DNA of 64,000 nucleotides. It comes from a virus. Lineage: Duplodnaviria > Caudoviricetes. The position numbers and the translations under genes were made by a program. The notes under the pieces are model-generated. The model worked only from the letters and a program-made list of their open reading frames with translations. It was not told where the DNA came from and did not search any database. The stretch is taken from positions 151,311 through 215,310 of the IMG/VR virus record IMGVR_UViG_3300031998_000006; one strand, written 5' to 3'. Of the stretch, positions 46,147-56,392 are shown one piece after another. Every line of letters starts with the position of its first letter. The first letter of the stretch is position 1.

Positions 46147-46334
46147 TATCTATAACCTATTGACTATCTAGCGATAATTTGTTAGATTAGGGATGTGCAG
46201 GGTATGAAACCAAATAATGCATCCAGAAAGTTTAAGCCACTTGAAACCACTCTAATGTCCGTTATGGGAGCATTTGAAGTAGTCAAGCTGAAATACAAGG
46301 AAGCATTTGAATTTTTGAAGGACCGTTAAAGCCT

Positions 46335-46736
46335 ATGGCAGACAATCCGATAGCAATGCAACAGAAGGAACTGAATGAACTTCGTGCAAATATGAATTTG
46401 CAAGTTCTCAACATATCCCGAAATTCCCTAGTGTCCATGGGAAACCTTCTACATCGTATGGATGCCATCGACAACGCCATTGCTATGAAGCTGGACCTCG
46501 ACAATGCATCGTTGAAGGAACTCCTGGATGTGTCAAGACAGACCAACGAATCCACAAGGCTGCGTCTGGACATCCTCCGTTCTGTAAATGGCTACAACAC
46601 GGACACCTCCAAGGTTGAGGTTGAAGAAACCGAAAGCACCCTCGACACCACGTTCAGCGAAGAGGATGCGGAAAGGCTCAAGGCTGAACTTGAGAAGAGG
46701 AACGGCAAAATCCAGGATGCCGAAATCGTTCCGTAG
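46335..46736 (+). CDS. Possible terminase small subunit
   Basis: Helical 133 aa protein upstream of terL (positional inference only). Confidence 0.4.
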   Translation: MADNPIAMQQKELNELRANMNLQVLNISRNSLVSMGNLLHRMDAIDNAIAMKLDLDNASLKELLDVSRQTNESTRLRLDILRSVNGYNTDTSKVEVEETESTLDTTFSEEDAERLKAELEKRNGKIQDAEIVP

Positions 46737-46999
46737 AAAAGTCCGTGCAGGAATCTTGTGTATAACAAGAATTTCCAACCTTTACGGCATCCACAACATC
46801 TTGTGTAACAATTCGTACATAACACCAACATACAGGCAACTCAAAAATAGCCCTACCTAGACCTCCACGGTAGGTTTGAACGGATGCGGGGCGGTTACTA
46901 TATTTCAAGCACATACGTATCGTGGGGGCTGCCAACGGGTTCCGGTCCTAGAGTCGTTGGCAGACCCCCACACCTTTGAATTTTGTAGGACCCCGCACG

Positions 47000-47860
47000 A
47001 TGACCGAGCAAACAGACGGCAAGACATTAAGAAAAGTTTACAATGCCGAACACGAATGGCTGACACTCGTTGAATCAATGGAAGTTTTCCTTGAATCAGC
47101 GGTAGAGCCACACAAGCGATTTGAATATAACGAAGACGGCATTACCGCTATCCCATACACAAACAAGCAGTGGGTTCAACTAACCGGCAAGGAAACCTCC
47201 CCGCACTCGGGATTGCTATGGCTAAAGCCTGGGAAGGTATTCAAGGATAGGAAGGGATATGTCCACCAGAGCCTTATTAGGTGCTGTAGCATCCTTTCTG
47301 GACGAATTGTATGGGCAATGGTACGGAACACTCTCCTTTGTAGCAAGATGTCCAACATCCCTATCCATTTGAGAGCAGTCAACAACACGATACACTATTA
47401 CATCCAGAACTACACGGATTGCCCACTCAACCTAATCAATCGTGTAACGGACACACTATCGCTCGTAGCAAAAGTACACATAGACTTATTTTCCGACTGC
47501 ACACCGGACGATATTAAGACCATCAACAAGAAAGACCGCATGGGTCAAGGTGCAACCGACTACATAACCCGTGAAAACCTACGACAAATGCTCATTAAGC
47601 GAGGAATCGGGCGACTCCATACACGGGAGCAGCAAGAGCAACTAATCGACGCCGTATTGAGCCTTGATACATTCGCCCATCTCAAGAAGGAAACCAAGAA
47701 GAGCATCCTCCAATGGCTCTGGACAAGAAACCTCTTGCAATCAAGCCATCCGTCAAAAACAGACCGAGTGTCCGCAATTAAATGGAAGCAGGCTAACAAG
47801 GTAGCCCTAACCTCCGCAGAACGAAAGTTCAAGTGCAAATATAAAGAGTTATTTGAATAA
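47000..47860 (+). CDS. Hypothetical protein, possible replication initiator
   Basis: Basic ORF directly before a palindrome-rich non-coding region. Confidence 0.45.
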   Translation: MTEQTDGKTLRKVYNAEHEWLTLVESMEVFLESAVEPHKRFEYNEDGITAIPYTNKQWVQLTGKETSPHSGLLWLKPGKVFKDRKGYVHQSLIRCCSILSGRIVWAMVRNTLLCSKMSNIPIHLRAVNNTIHYYIQNYTDCPLNLINRVTDTLSLVAKVHIDLFSDCTPDDIKTINKKDRMGQGATDYITRENLRQMLIKRGIGRLHTREQQEQLIDAVLSLDTFAHLKKETKKSILQWLWTRNLLQSSHPSKTDRVSAIKWKQANKVALTSAERKFKCKYKELFE

Positions 47861-47863
47861 CTA

Positions 47864-47890
47864 AAAGCCCCGGAAATCGGGGTTTTTTTA
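47864..47890 (+). terminator. Intrinsic terminator
   Basis: AAAGCCCCG-GAAAT-CGGGGTTTTTTT. Confidence 0.75.
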
Positions 47891-47897
47891 ATACCCC

Positions 47898-48390
47898 AAA
47901 ACGTTACCTTTTTCTTTTCGTATATATAGGAACTATGCTATGCGTTCTGAAAAAGGTAACGTTTTTATCCTAGGTATAAAGCTACTCCTGATGCTCACTT
48001 CGTTCGCATCTCGGGGCATACTCGTTCGCTTCGCTCACAAGTATGCCTGCAACTCCCTTGCGGGAGTTGCGTACAAGAAGGATTAGGATATACCACTCCT
48101 TAAAGAAGCCCGATAGGGCTTGCAAGGCGAACTAGGGAAAGCGAAGGTGCGAAGCACCGAGCGAATCCCGTATGTGAGTCCTTGCAACAAAGAAGGAGCG
48201 AGTATAGCGCATTTCGTTCCTAAAAGTCCAAGGTTCGTGAAGCGTGAGCGGCGATGCGAGGGGCGAAGCCCCGAACAGAGCGCGAATGCTTCGGAATAGG
48301 GAAGAGTAGGGGGTTTGGGTGGAGAGAAGCGGTAGTCAGTGTGACTTTTTTGTTTCGATATAACCGGACCGAAAAAGACAAAGGTAACGG
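47898..48390. other. Palindrome-rich non-coding region, candidate origin or packaging site
   Basis: 17-bp inverted repeat and many short hairpins, several with GCGAAGC. Confidence 0.45.
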
Positions 48391-48490
48391 CATCTTATAT
48401 CCATCTAACAGATTATTTGTTATATTTCTAGTATAGGACAGCCACGGAACTCTCCCCTATGGACGAAGTAGGGGTAGCGGAGATTGCTAG

Positions 48491-51478
48491 ATGGCTGATG
48501 ACAATACCCTTTCGGGGATGAGTACCAAGGACTTGCTCAAGGCTGCCGCCATTGCGGAGGGGTATGAGTCCGTTCCAGTTGACATAGAAACTTTCATTGA
48601 AGACCCCAAGTACATCGGGTCCATCTATGGGGAGGGCAGAGTCTATCCCTATTGGAGAAATAGGCTCAAGCAGATTTATCCGAATCCGCTATATTCTCCG
48701 TACCTAGAGGTGTGCCTTTCGGGAGATACCGAAGTTGACCTTCTCGACGGCACTACGAAGACGATGGGTCAAATCTGCAAGGAGTATCCGGGTGGAGATT
48801 TCTGGGTGCTTGGATTCAATGTGAACACGAAGGAGTGGGAGCCGTGCAAGGCTCATTCCCCGGCTATTACGGGTTTCCGTAAGGTGTATAAGGTCACGCT
48901 TGACAACGGCAAGTGGTTCAAGGCTACCGCTGAACATCCGGTTCTCGGCAAGGACAACCGATGGTATAGGGTGGATAGCCTAAAGGTGGGGCAGTCCTTG
49001 ATGCCCTACAACTTGACCTATGATGAGAAGGGCTATGCCTATGTCTGGGACAACAAGTCGCTACAGAAGGTAAAGCGCCGTAGGCTAGTTCAAAATTTCA
49101 AGAATCCCATCCCCAGCGGATGGCACGTCCACCACAAGAACCAGAACAAGGCTGACGATAGGCCTTGCAACTTGATAGCTTTGTCCCAGAATACTCATCT
49201 CAAGAAGCACCACGACTTGTGGCAGGAAGGTTTGAAAGACCCTAACAAGCGTCCGGGTCAAATTCAGCGGCTTGTAGATGGGTCGCAGGCATACAAGGCA
49301 CAGAATCCCGAAGCCTATAGGGATAGCCGGTCTAGGGGCGGTGTGGCTTCCTGGAAGTCCAAATCTCCCGAAACTATTGCCCGAATGCGTGCTGGTCAAA
49401 GGGCTTGGGTCAATTCCGAAGCTGGCAAGTTGCAGTCTGCCGAAAAGTTCCGGAAGTATAATGCCACCCACAAGGAAGAGTTGCAAGCTCGCGCCCACAA
49501 TGCCGTGAGGGTTAGATGGACGGACGAGAATCAGCGGTTGGGTGCATCTGTGAAGATGGCTTCTAGAAATCACGACCCGGAGTTTCAGCGGAAGACTCAA
49601 TTCGCAAAGATATTGAAGTATTTGAATGTAGCCCTATTGTCCAATCCGAATTTTAAGAGTACGGAATTGACCTACAAGCGGAGGGCTACGGTTGCTCGTT
49701 ATTTTGATTGCGTCGTGAACGGACGGATAGACTATGCATTGCTGGAGAGCAAGTGGGATTCTATTGTTGAAAGGGCAATAAATTACAATCACCGCATCGT
49801 TTCTATTGAAGAGTTGCCCCCTGAACCTGTTTACAATTTTACTGTGGACAAGTTACACAACTATGTTTTGTCGTGCGGAGTTGTTACATCAAATTGCATT
49901 ACTGGTTGCATTGGTGCCGGGAAAAGTACCGTATCAATTATCGGGTTGCTCTATGACCTCTATAGGGTCACTCTGCTCAAGGACCCCCACAAGAAATACA
50001 AGCTCATCCCCACAACCCCAATCGTGATTACCCTCATTACCGCCACGATGGACTTGGCTGGTGCGGTGCTTGCCGACCAGTTGATTGATGTCATCGGGGC
50101 ATCTCCATATTTCCGCTCCAAGTTGTTGCCCGGAAAGGGCGACAAGATTGACGAAGAGATGTTCCCGCACCACGTTGGAATCTCCTACGGTTCCCGAATG
50201 CGTCACTCCTTGGGCAAGGCTGTGATTGGAGCAATCATCGACGAAGCTAACTTCCAGAACGCCGTGGCTGACCAAGCCGTGCAGAACTACAACTCCATCC
50301 GTCGAAGAATGTTCTCCCGTTTTATGACGAGGGGTGGTGAAGTACCTTGTCGAATGTGGGTGGTGTCATCCCGAAACGAAAGCACCTCTTTCCTTGAAAG
50401 TCACATCGACGCGGAGCGAAACAATCCGCAAGTTGCCATCTTCGAACCGGCAATCTGGGAGGTGCAGGCCCACAAGGGCATCTATAGCGGAAAGACTTTC
50501 CCCGTGTTTATTGGTTCGGATGTGGAGCAGCCGAAGGTGCTTACATCGGATAGCGAACTAGATGAGTATGCCGGTAGGATTATCCACGTTCCGGTGGAGT
50601 ATAGGAAGGACTTTGAGAACAATCTGCCGGGTGCTTTGCAGGACTTGGCTGGTGTGGCTACCCGAAATGGGGTCAACCTCATCTACAATGTTGAAGCACT
50701 GGACAAGTCTATGTGCCTTGACAACTGTATGACGAAGGACGAACTCCAGCTATCAATGACGGACCACGACCAGATTAGTGATTTTTATAAGGGAAACTTG
50801 CCAAAGGGAAAGTATTACATACACTTGGACGGTGGCTTGAGGAACGACCGCTTCGGGTTCGCAATGAGTAGGGTAACGGAGAACATCAGCGTGTCTACCG
50901 TTTCCGCTATCGACGGAGGGCAGGTCAGTAAGATTAGCCCGGCGGTTGAAACTCCGCTCGTGTTTGGTATCAAGGCTCGTCCGGGTAGTGAAGTGCCATT
51001 CTGGAAGGTGCGAGTGTTTCTGGCTTACTTGCGTAGTAGCGGGGTCAACATCGCACAGATTACTTGTGACGGCTACCAGAGTGCCGATATGATGCAGTTG
51101 CTCACGAAGATGGGATTCAACGTCAAGTATGCTTCCGTGGATAAGACGAAGGACCCGTATCTCAAGTTGAGCAGCAACATCATCCTTGGGCTGATTAAGA
51201 TGCCGAAGTCCAAGATTTTGAGGATAGAATTGATGAACTTGCAGAACCTACCGAAAAAAATAGACCATCCAGCAACTGTTGTTGTGGATGGCGAACAAGT
51301 GGCGGGTGGTAAGGATATTGCGGATGCGGTGGCGGCAAGTTCCTATGAAGCTATAAGTAATTCTATTACATTGGGAGCGGCATCACTACTTAACTTGCAG
51401 AAATCAGTGCCTACACAGATGAGTATGCTTCAACGACAGGAATATGTGATGCAGAATTTCTTTAAAATTAAAAGATAG
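48491..51478 (+). CDS. terL: Terminase large subunit with intein
   Basis: Walker A TGCIGAGKST, Walker B AIIDEAN, nuclease motifs IHLD, DGYQS and KDIADAV. Confidence 0.9.
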   Translation: MADDNTLSGMSTKDLLKAAAIAEGYESVPVDIETFIEDPKYIGSIYGEGRVYPYWRNRLKQIYPNPLYSPYLEVCLSGDTEVDLLDGTTKTMGQICKEYPGGDFWVLGFNVNTKEWEPCKAHSPAITGFRKVYKVTLDNGKWFKATAEHPVLGKDNRWYRVDSLKVGQSLMPYNLTYDEKGYAYVWDNKSLQKVKRRRLVQNFKNPIPSGWHVHHKNQNKADDRPCNLIALSQNTHLKKHHDLWQEGLKDPNKRPGQIQRLVDGSQAYKAQNPEAYRDSRSRGGVASWKSKSPETIARMRAGQRAWVNSEAGKLQSAEKFRKYNATHKEELQARAHNAVRVRWTDENQRLGASVKMASRNHDPEFQRKTQFAKILKYLNVALLSNPNFKSTELTYKRRATVARYFDCVVNGRIDYALLESKWDSIVERAINYNHRIVSIEELPPEPVYNFTVDKLHNYVLSCGVVTSNCITGCIGAGKSTVSIIGLLYDLYRVTLLKDPHKKYKLIPTTPIVITLITATMDLAGAVLADQLIDVIGASPYFRSKLLPGKGDKIDEEMFPHHVGISYGSRMRHSLGKAVIGAIIDEANFQNAVADQAVQNYNSIRRRMFSRFMTRGGEVPCRMWVVSSRNESTSFLESHIDAERNNPQVAIFEPAIWEVQAHKGIYSGKTFPVFIGSDVEQPKVLTSDSELDEYAGRIIHVPVEYRKDFENNLPGALQDLAGVATRNGVNLIYNVEALDKSMCLDNCMTKDELQLSMTDHDQISDFYKGNLPKGKYYIHLDGGLRNDRFGFAMSRVTENISVSTVSAIDGGQVSKISPAVETPLVFGIKARPGSEVPFWKVRVFLAYLRSSGVNIAQITCDGYQSADMMQLLTKMGFNVKYASVDKTKDPYLKLSSNIILGLIKMPKSKILRIELMNLQNLPKKIDHPATVVVDGEQVAGGKDIADAVAASSYEAISNSITLGAASLLNLQKSVPTQMSMLQRQEYVMQNFFKIKR
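48713..49894 (+). mobile_element. Intein with HNH endonuclease (394 aa)
   Basis: Starts CLSGDT, has TAEHP and HVHHKNQNKADDRPCNL, ends VYNFTV..HNY...VVTSN|C. Confidence 0.9.
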
Positions 51479-51481
51479 TTC

Positions 51482-51625
51482 TTGCCTACTGTTTAGAGAT
51501 TATTTATATTTGTAGTATAAAGTTTAATGAATTAGTCGCATTCTTCATTAAACTACAGAAATCATTTTATGACGGCTCGTTTGGAATTGAATGCGACAGT
51601 AAGTTCCGAACGAGCCATTTTTGTT
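51482..51625 (+). promoter_or_regulatory. Promoter plus two-hairpin kissing-loop leader
   Basis: TTGCCT-17-TATATT; complementary loops GTCGCATTC and GAATGCGAC. Confidence 0.6.
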
Positions 51626-51632
51626 TATATCT

Positions 51633-53399
51633 ATGAGTAAACACTGTTGGACATTGAAGGATAGATATGAGTCACAGTTCGCTGTGTCCTTCTATCCGCT
51701 TATGTTGTCCAACACGAAGAAAGCCGAAATCCTACATAGGGCAGAAGAGATACGGACGATTAGAAACGAAATATCGGAAATCTTCTTTTCGGATATGCTT
51801 GGATTCCAGGATATGTCCAAGTTTGAAGCCTTTAATTATTTCAATCCGTTATTTAGTAAAAGACTGCGTAGCCACTACTTGAAAAAAGCCATCGAGGATG
51901 TGTGGAAATCTTATCAACTTAGATTTGATGCTATTCGTAATAAGATAGAGTTCGTTAAAGTAGAAGAACTTGTTCCATCATTCTACAAGATAAATTCGCA
52001 TGGACATAAAAATGGAGAGTTGAGGTCAATAGAACGGCATACAAAGAAGACTGAACTCACAAAGGTTCTTACTTGGCTTGCTAGATATGGTAAGGATGAT
52101 TCCGTGCAATGGCTTGAATCTGTAATGCCTAGTGTAGTTGAAACAAAGAAAAAATTTTATAAAACTATATTAGTAAAGATTCAAAAATTTGGGTTTGCTA
52201 GATTGATGCAATTAGCATTATCTCGTAGAGAGTCTGTTTATAAATTGTATCAAAAACGTGGTAGGATTAATTTTGAATCGCTAACTTTTAGTGGTAGGAG
52301 TAGATTGACCTCTCCAATAGTATGTGCTAGACGAAATGAAAATGGAAAGTTTGATTACTTTATAGAGATTTCTTGGGATTGGTTTAATAAAGGGTATCGT
52401 GGGGGGAGTGACCATTCTTTATGTATTCCATTTAAGTATAATAAGGCATATCATAGGTCTTTAAAAAGATATTGTAATGGGGATTGTACACCTTACACTG
52501 TTGTGATTCGTGGAAATGATATACATATAGTTCTTACTCGTGTGGGTTATAGATATAAGAATATAACTACGATACTCCCGGATAATACTATCGGTATTGA
52601 TATAAATTCAAAGCATAATATGTTGGCATTGAGTAGTGGAGCGTTTATATCTAATGACGATGATTTGATTGAAGATTTAAAAACCGAGTTACTAAAAATA
52701 GATAAGAAACACAAGAGTTATAATGATAAATTTAATAAAAATGAAGAACATAGTGCATTTAAGTGGTCTAGGAAAGATAAGGCTCGTATATTTGCTATTT
52801 CTTTAAAACTTAATGAATCTAATAAGAGAACTATTGCGAATGTATGTAAGAATTATGGTTTAGGCGGTGTAGAAAATCTAGTTCTAGAGAACTTAACTGG
52901 ATTTAAAGGAAGCAAACTCTATGCTGATGATTCAAAAGGCTTTAATTTAGGGCGGTTACATTTAAGGACTAGACTCTCGTCATTAAAGGATGAGTTTATC
53001 CATATAGCCCCCAAGTACGGGTTATCTGTGTCATTGGTTCAGCCTGAATATACATCCAAGATGTGTGGGCATTGCGGATGCATAGATGACCGTAATCGCC
53101 AAACCCAAGAAGTTTTTAAATGCGTTGAATGTGGGCATACTGAAAATGCGGACATTCATAGTGCAAAGAATATAAAATTCCGTCTTACCTCGACCGTGTT
53201 AAGAGGGTACTTGCTTGAAAAGGCAAGGGATAACGGATATAGGAACTTTCAGCCAAAGAGCTTGTCTAGGTGGCAAGTAAGGGAGTTCCTAGAAAAATGT
53301 CATCATAGTGGATTGTTTGAGCAGTCTATAGAAAATTACACAAAGCCTGCGATTAGTAGAATTTGTGTGATTTTAGGTGGTGCCGGTCTATTTTCTTAA
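51633..53399 (+). CDS. Long TnpB/Cas12f-like RuvC nuclease (588 aa)
   Basis: IGIDIN, VLENL, PEYTSKMCGHCG...CVECG...NADIHSAKNI; low GC. Confidence 0.85.
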   Translation: MSKHCWTLKDRYESQFAVSFYPLMLSNTKKAEILHRAEEIRTIRNEISEIFFSDMLGFQDMSKFEAFNYFNPLFSKRLRSHYLKKAIEDVWKSYQLRFDAIRNKIEFVKVEELVPSFYKINSHGHKNGELRSIERHTKKTELTKVLTWLARYGKDDSVQWLESVMPSVVETKKKFYKTILVKIQKFGFARLMQLALSRRESVYKLYQKRGRINFESLTFSGRSRLTSPIVCARRNENGKFDYFIEISWDWFNKGYRGGSDHSLCIPFKYNKAYHRSLKRYCNGDCTPYTVVIRGNDIHIVLTRVGYRYKNITTILPDNTIGIDINSKHNMLALSSGAFISNDDDLIEDLKTELLKIDKKHKSYNDKFNKNEEHSAFKWSRKDKARIFAISLKLNESNKRTIANVCKNYGLGGVENLVLENLTGFKGSKLYADDSKGFNLGRLHLRTRLSSLKDEFIHIAPKYGLSVSLVQPEYTSKMCGHCGCIDDRNRQTQEVFKCVECGHTENADIHSAKNIKFRLTSTVLRGYLLEKARDNGYRNFQPKSLSRWQVREFLEKCHHSGLFEQSIENYTKPAISRICVILGGAGLFS

Positions 53400-53419
53400 A
53401 TTGTAATTATTTTTTATAG

Positions 53420-54376
53420 ATGAGGTATTGTATGATTTGTGACCTTGATTTGGAACTATGGAAGTTCCGTGACATTTACTTTGATGAAGGACCGCACCTC
53501 TACACGGATTCCCTCGGAACGAAATATACCTCTGTGACCACTTTCGTCAAGCAGTGCGGAGAAGTCCTCGAACTTGAGAAGTATGCCGGTCAGTTCTACG
53601 AGCAGAGCGGTATGTCCAAGGATGATATTTTTGCCATCCTTGACGGCACTCTCAAGGAAGTTTCGGAATCCGTAATTTACGGAATGATTGACTGCAAGCC
53701 CGAAGAGGTTTCCAAGGAGTTGATTAAGGCTCTTGTGGACCGTGACAAGTACAAGTTCTGTGAAGTCCTCAAGTGGAGAGAGATTGCCCAGAGGTATGCC
53801 GATAAGAACGGTAGGACTCTGGAAGATGTGCAGGCTGAATGGGATGCCAACAAGAACACGGCAGCTTCTATGGGTACTCAAGTCCATAGCTATATGGAAA
53901 ACCTTTGGAAGCGGAAGCATTACCAGCCCGAAGTTCCGGTTGGCGACTATGAGCAAGTCCGCTTGAACGGATTGGAAGCCTATAAGACCCTCTGCCGAAG
54001 GTTCGTGCCTATCCGCAACGAGTTCATCGTGTACAAGCCCGAATGGGCCTTGTGTGGTACAATCGACTTTCTGTGCTACGATAGGGGCAAGGAGTGCATC
54101 GCCATTCTCGACTGGAAGACCAACAAGGAAATCAAGAAGGAGAATCCGTTCCAGCGATGCATCGGTCCGCTGAACGGATTGCCTGATTGCAACTATGTGC
54201 ATTACTCTGCACAGTTGAGTACCTACAAGTTGCTTATCGAGCGTATGACGAACTTGAGGGTGGGCGAACTCGCCCTTGTTCACTTGAAGCGAAACGGGTG
54301 GGAGTATTTGCCCTGTATGGATTTGAGTGTTGAACTGGGGGCTTATCTAGGCAACCGTAAAATAGGAGATGATTAG
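53420..54376 (+). CDS. PD-(D/E)XK exonuclease
   Basis: SVTT, GTQVH, E...GTIDFL...LDWKT, QLSTY. Confidence 0.85.
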   Translation: MRYCMICDLDLELWKFRDIYFDEGPHLYTDSLGTKYTSVTTFVKQCGEVLELEKYAGQFYEQSGMSKDDIFAILDGTLKEVSESVIYGMIDCKPEEVSKELIKALVDRDKYKFCEVLKWREIAQRYADKNGRTLEDVQAEWDANKNTAASMGTQVHSYMENLWKRKHYQPEVPVGDYEQVRLNGLEAYKTLCRRFVPIRNEFIVYKPEWALCGTIDFLCYDRGKECIAILDWKTNKEIKKENPFQRCIGPLNGLPDCNYVHYSAQLSTYKLLIERMTNLRVGELALVHLKRNGWEYLPCMDLSVELGAYLGNRKIGDD

Positions 54377-54378
54377 TT

Positions 54379-54762
54379 ATGGCTAGGGTCAGCGATGAAA
54401 AGATGAAAGAAATTATGCAGACCGCAGCGGAGATGGCTGGGGTTGACGATGTTGGGGAGCTTTCCGATGGCTTCCACACCTTCAATAGCCTTTACCGCCA
54501 GAGATGCATTCTGTTTGCCACTTTGGTAAACCTTTTCCCGAATTTGTCCTGGAAATCCAGAAGACACGAAGACGGAGAGCTTTGTTTCGGGGGTGGTTGG
54601 TTCGTAGTCTGCATAGACACTCCGTCCGGTCCGTATTCCTACCATTACGAGGACAAGGACTGGGATTTGTTCCATTGCGAGGAATTGCCTAGGGCGAAGA
54701 CCTTCGACGGGCATACGGATGCCGATGTGGAGCGCCTGTTGTCCTTGAGCGAACCGCTCTAG
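54379..54762 (+). CDS. Conserved phage protein (SDGxHTF...DGH)
   Basis: SDGFHTFNSLY, SWKS, SYHY, FDGHT. Confidence 0.7.
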   Translation: MARVSDEKMKEIMQTAAEMAGVDDVGELSDGFHTFNSLYRQRCILFATLVNLFPNLSWKSRRHEDGELCFGGGWFVVCIDTPSGPYSYHYEDKDWDLFHCEELPRAKTFDGHTDADVERLLSLSEPL

Positions 54763-54810
54763 GCGCATGACATTGCCATAGATTAAAAAATAAGGTATAT
54801 TGTTGCCGAT

Positions 54811-56388
54811 ATGAATATCTTTGGTCAGTTTGCACAGCGGTTCTTGAATGGATTTGCGGATTATACGATGCTTCGTACCGTGGGGCGTCGTATTACATCC
54901 GTGGAAGAGATTATCACATCCAACGAGCGTGACAAGCAGATTCTCCACGAAATCGCATCCAACCCGGCAACCGAAAACAACTTGCTCACTCAACTTTATG
55001 AGCAGTTCCTTTCGTGCCGTGACGACATCAACAAGTACGAACCGCTAAAGTCTAACTACCTCGTAATGGCGATGATTTACACTTTGTCCTATGACATCCT
55101 CGCCATCGACCCCCGAACGAACAAGACTTTTGACATTACCATCGATAGCCGTTACCCTTCATCCAACAAGGCTAACCGAATCGTGGAGGATTTCCGTCAG
55201 TCCATTCAGCTCGACAAGTACGTGTCCAAGCTGTTGTATGACGCCATCTTCTATGGGCAGTATTTCGTAGAGTATGTCCGTGACGATAAGGGTCACATCA
55301 TCGGATTGAAGGACACTCATCAGCCGGGTTCAATCTTTACGATTGCTCTTGAGGGTATGGGTTCAGCCCCGATGTACTACAAGCTGGCTAGTGACAGGGT
55401 AAACCACATTGAACTCCTTGACAACAAGGAGATAGTTTGCCTTGAGATGCAGTCCGACCGTTACCGCTTGTCCTTGAACCCGATGACGGTTTCAATGCAA
55501 GCCCGTGATGCGGTCATCGCACAGAATGGAAGCATCGGCAGACCATTCTGTTTTGAAATCTATGACAAGCTGACCGCCCTTGAGATGCTTGAGCAGCTTG
55601 ACCTCGCATCTATCAATGCATCGCTCCAGCGAAACTCGCTAGTTTCCGTTACAGCCCCGGATGGGCTTGACCTAGAACAGCTCAAGGAGTTTACCGCTTG
55701 GTACGAAAAGGCTATTAACAACACCGGAAGCGATACGGTCACTACCTACAACCTCGACACCATCCGAATGTATGCCGCCGAAGCCACGAAGCTCCGCGTG
55801 ATTCCGCAGCAGAGTCAGCGTGGTGCAATCGCATCTTCCCTCGGTGCTACCGAGAATGCTTCCGTGGAAGGTTTGCCGGACCGTATCGACAAGCTCCGCA
55901 ATCTCATACTTGACATCAAGGCGATACCGGCAGAGTTCATCTTCACGGGTCGTGACGAATCCAAGGTGGGTGGCGCTCTCCGTAGGTTCGCCCGATATGC
56001 CCGTGTGGTCAAGGCTGGGCAGGCTGCCCTCAATGCGTTCCTTACCCGTATAACAAAGGATGTCCTTATGTCCTACGGATATGACGCAACGGGCAATATC
56101 AATGTTTCGCAGTATTGTGCAATCAACACTTCCGAACTTGACCGCCTTGAATATGCAGATGCTTCCGCAACCGTCATCAGCAACGTGTTCAATGTTCTCA
56201 ACGACATTATCTCCAACGAACGAATCGCTCCGTATGTGGACAACGAAGCCTTTGCCGCCTATGCGGAATCCTTGCTTGATGGTCTTGCCGGTGCATCCCA
56301 GATTATCAATGTGCCGAAGAATACCGCTGATGCCAAGGGTAAGACGGACGGCAAGGTGTTCATCCCAACCAACAAGAAGACGGACTAG
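54811..56388 (+). CDS. Portal protein (T4 gp20-like)
   Basis: 525 aa; YGQYFVE, IPAEFI, RFAR..; near terL; own promoter TTGCCA-17-TATATT. Confidence 0.7.
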   Translation: MNIFGQFAQRFLNGFADYTMLRTVGRRITSVEEIITSNERDKQILHEIASNPATENNLLTQLYEQFLSCRDDINKYEPLKSNYLVMAMIYTLSYDILAIDPRTNKTFDITIDSRYPSSNKANRIVEDFRQSIQLDKYVSKLLYDAIFYGQYFVEYVRDDKGHIIGLKDTHQPGSIFTIALEGMGSAPMYYKLASDRVNHIELLDNKEIVCLEMQSDRYRLSLNPMTVSMQARDAVIAQNGSIGRPFCFEIYDKLTALEMLEQLDLASINASLQRNSLVSVTAPDGLDLEQLKEFTAWYEKAINNTGSDTVTTYNLDTIRMYAAEATKLRVIPQQSQRGAIASSLGATENASVEGLPDRIDKLRNLILDIKAIPAEFIFTGRDESKVGGALRRFARYARVVKAGQAALNAFLTRITKDVLMSYGYDATGNINVSQYCAINTSELDRLEYADASATVISNVFNVLNDIISNERIAPYVDNEAFAAYAESLLDGLAGASQIINVPKNTADAKGKTDGKVFIPTNKKTD

Positions 56389-56392
56389 CTAG

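Noticed and set aside
51633-54376. Type V CRISPR-Cas locus (Cas12-like next to Cas4-like)
   Set aside because: No repeat-spacer array, cas1 or cas2 is visible. The PD-(D/E)XK protein lacks the Cas4 Fe-S cysteine cluster and looks like a common phage exonuclease.
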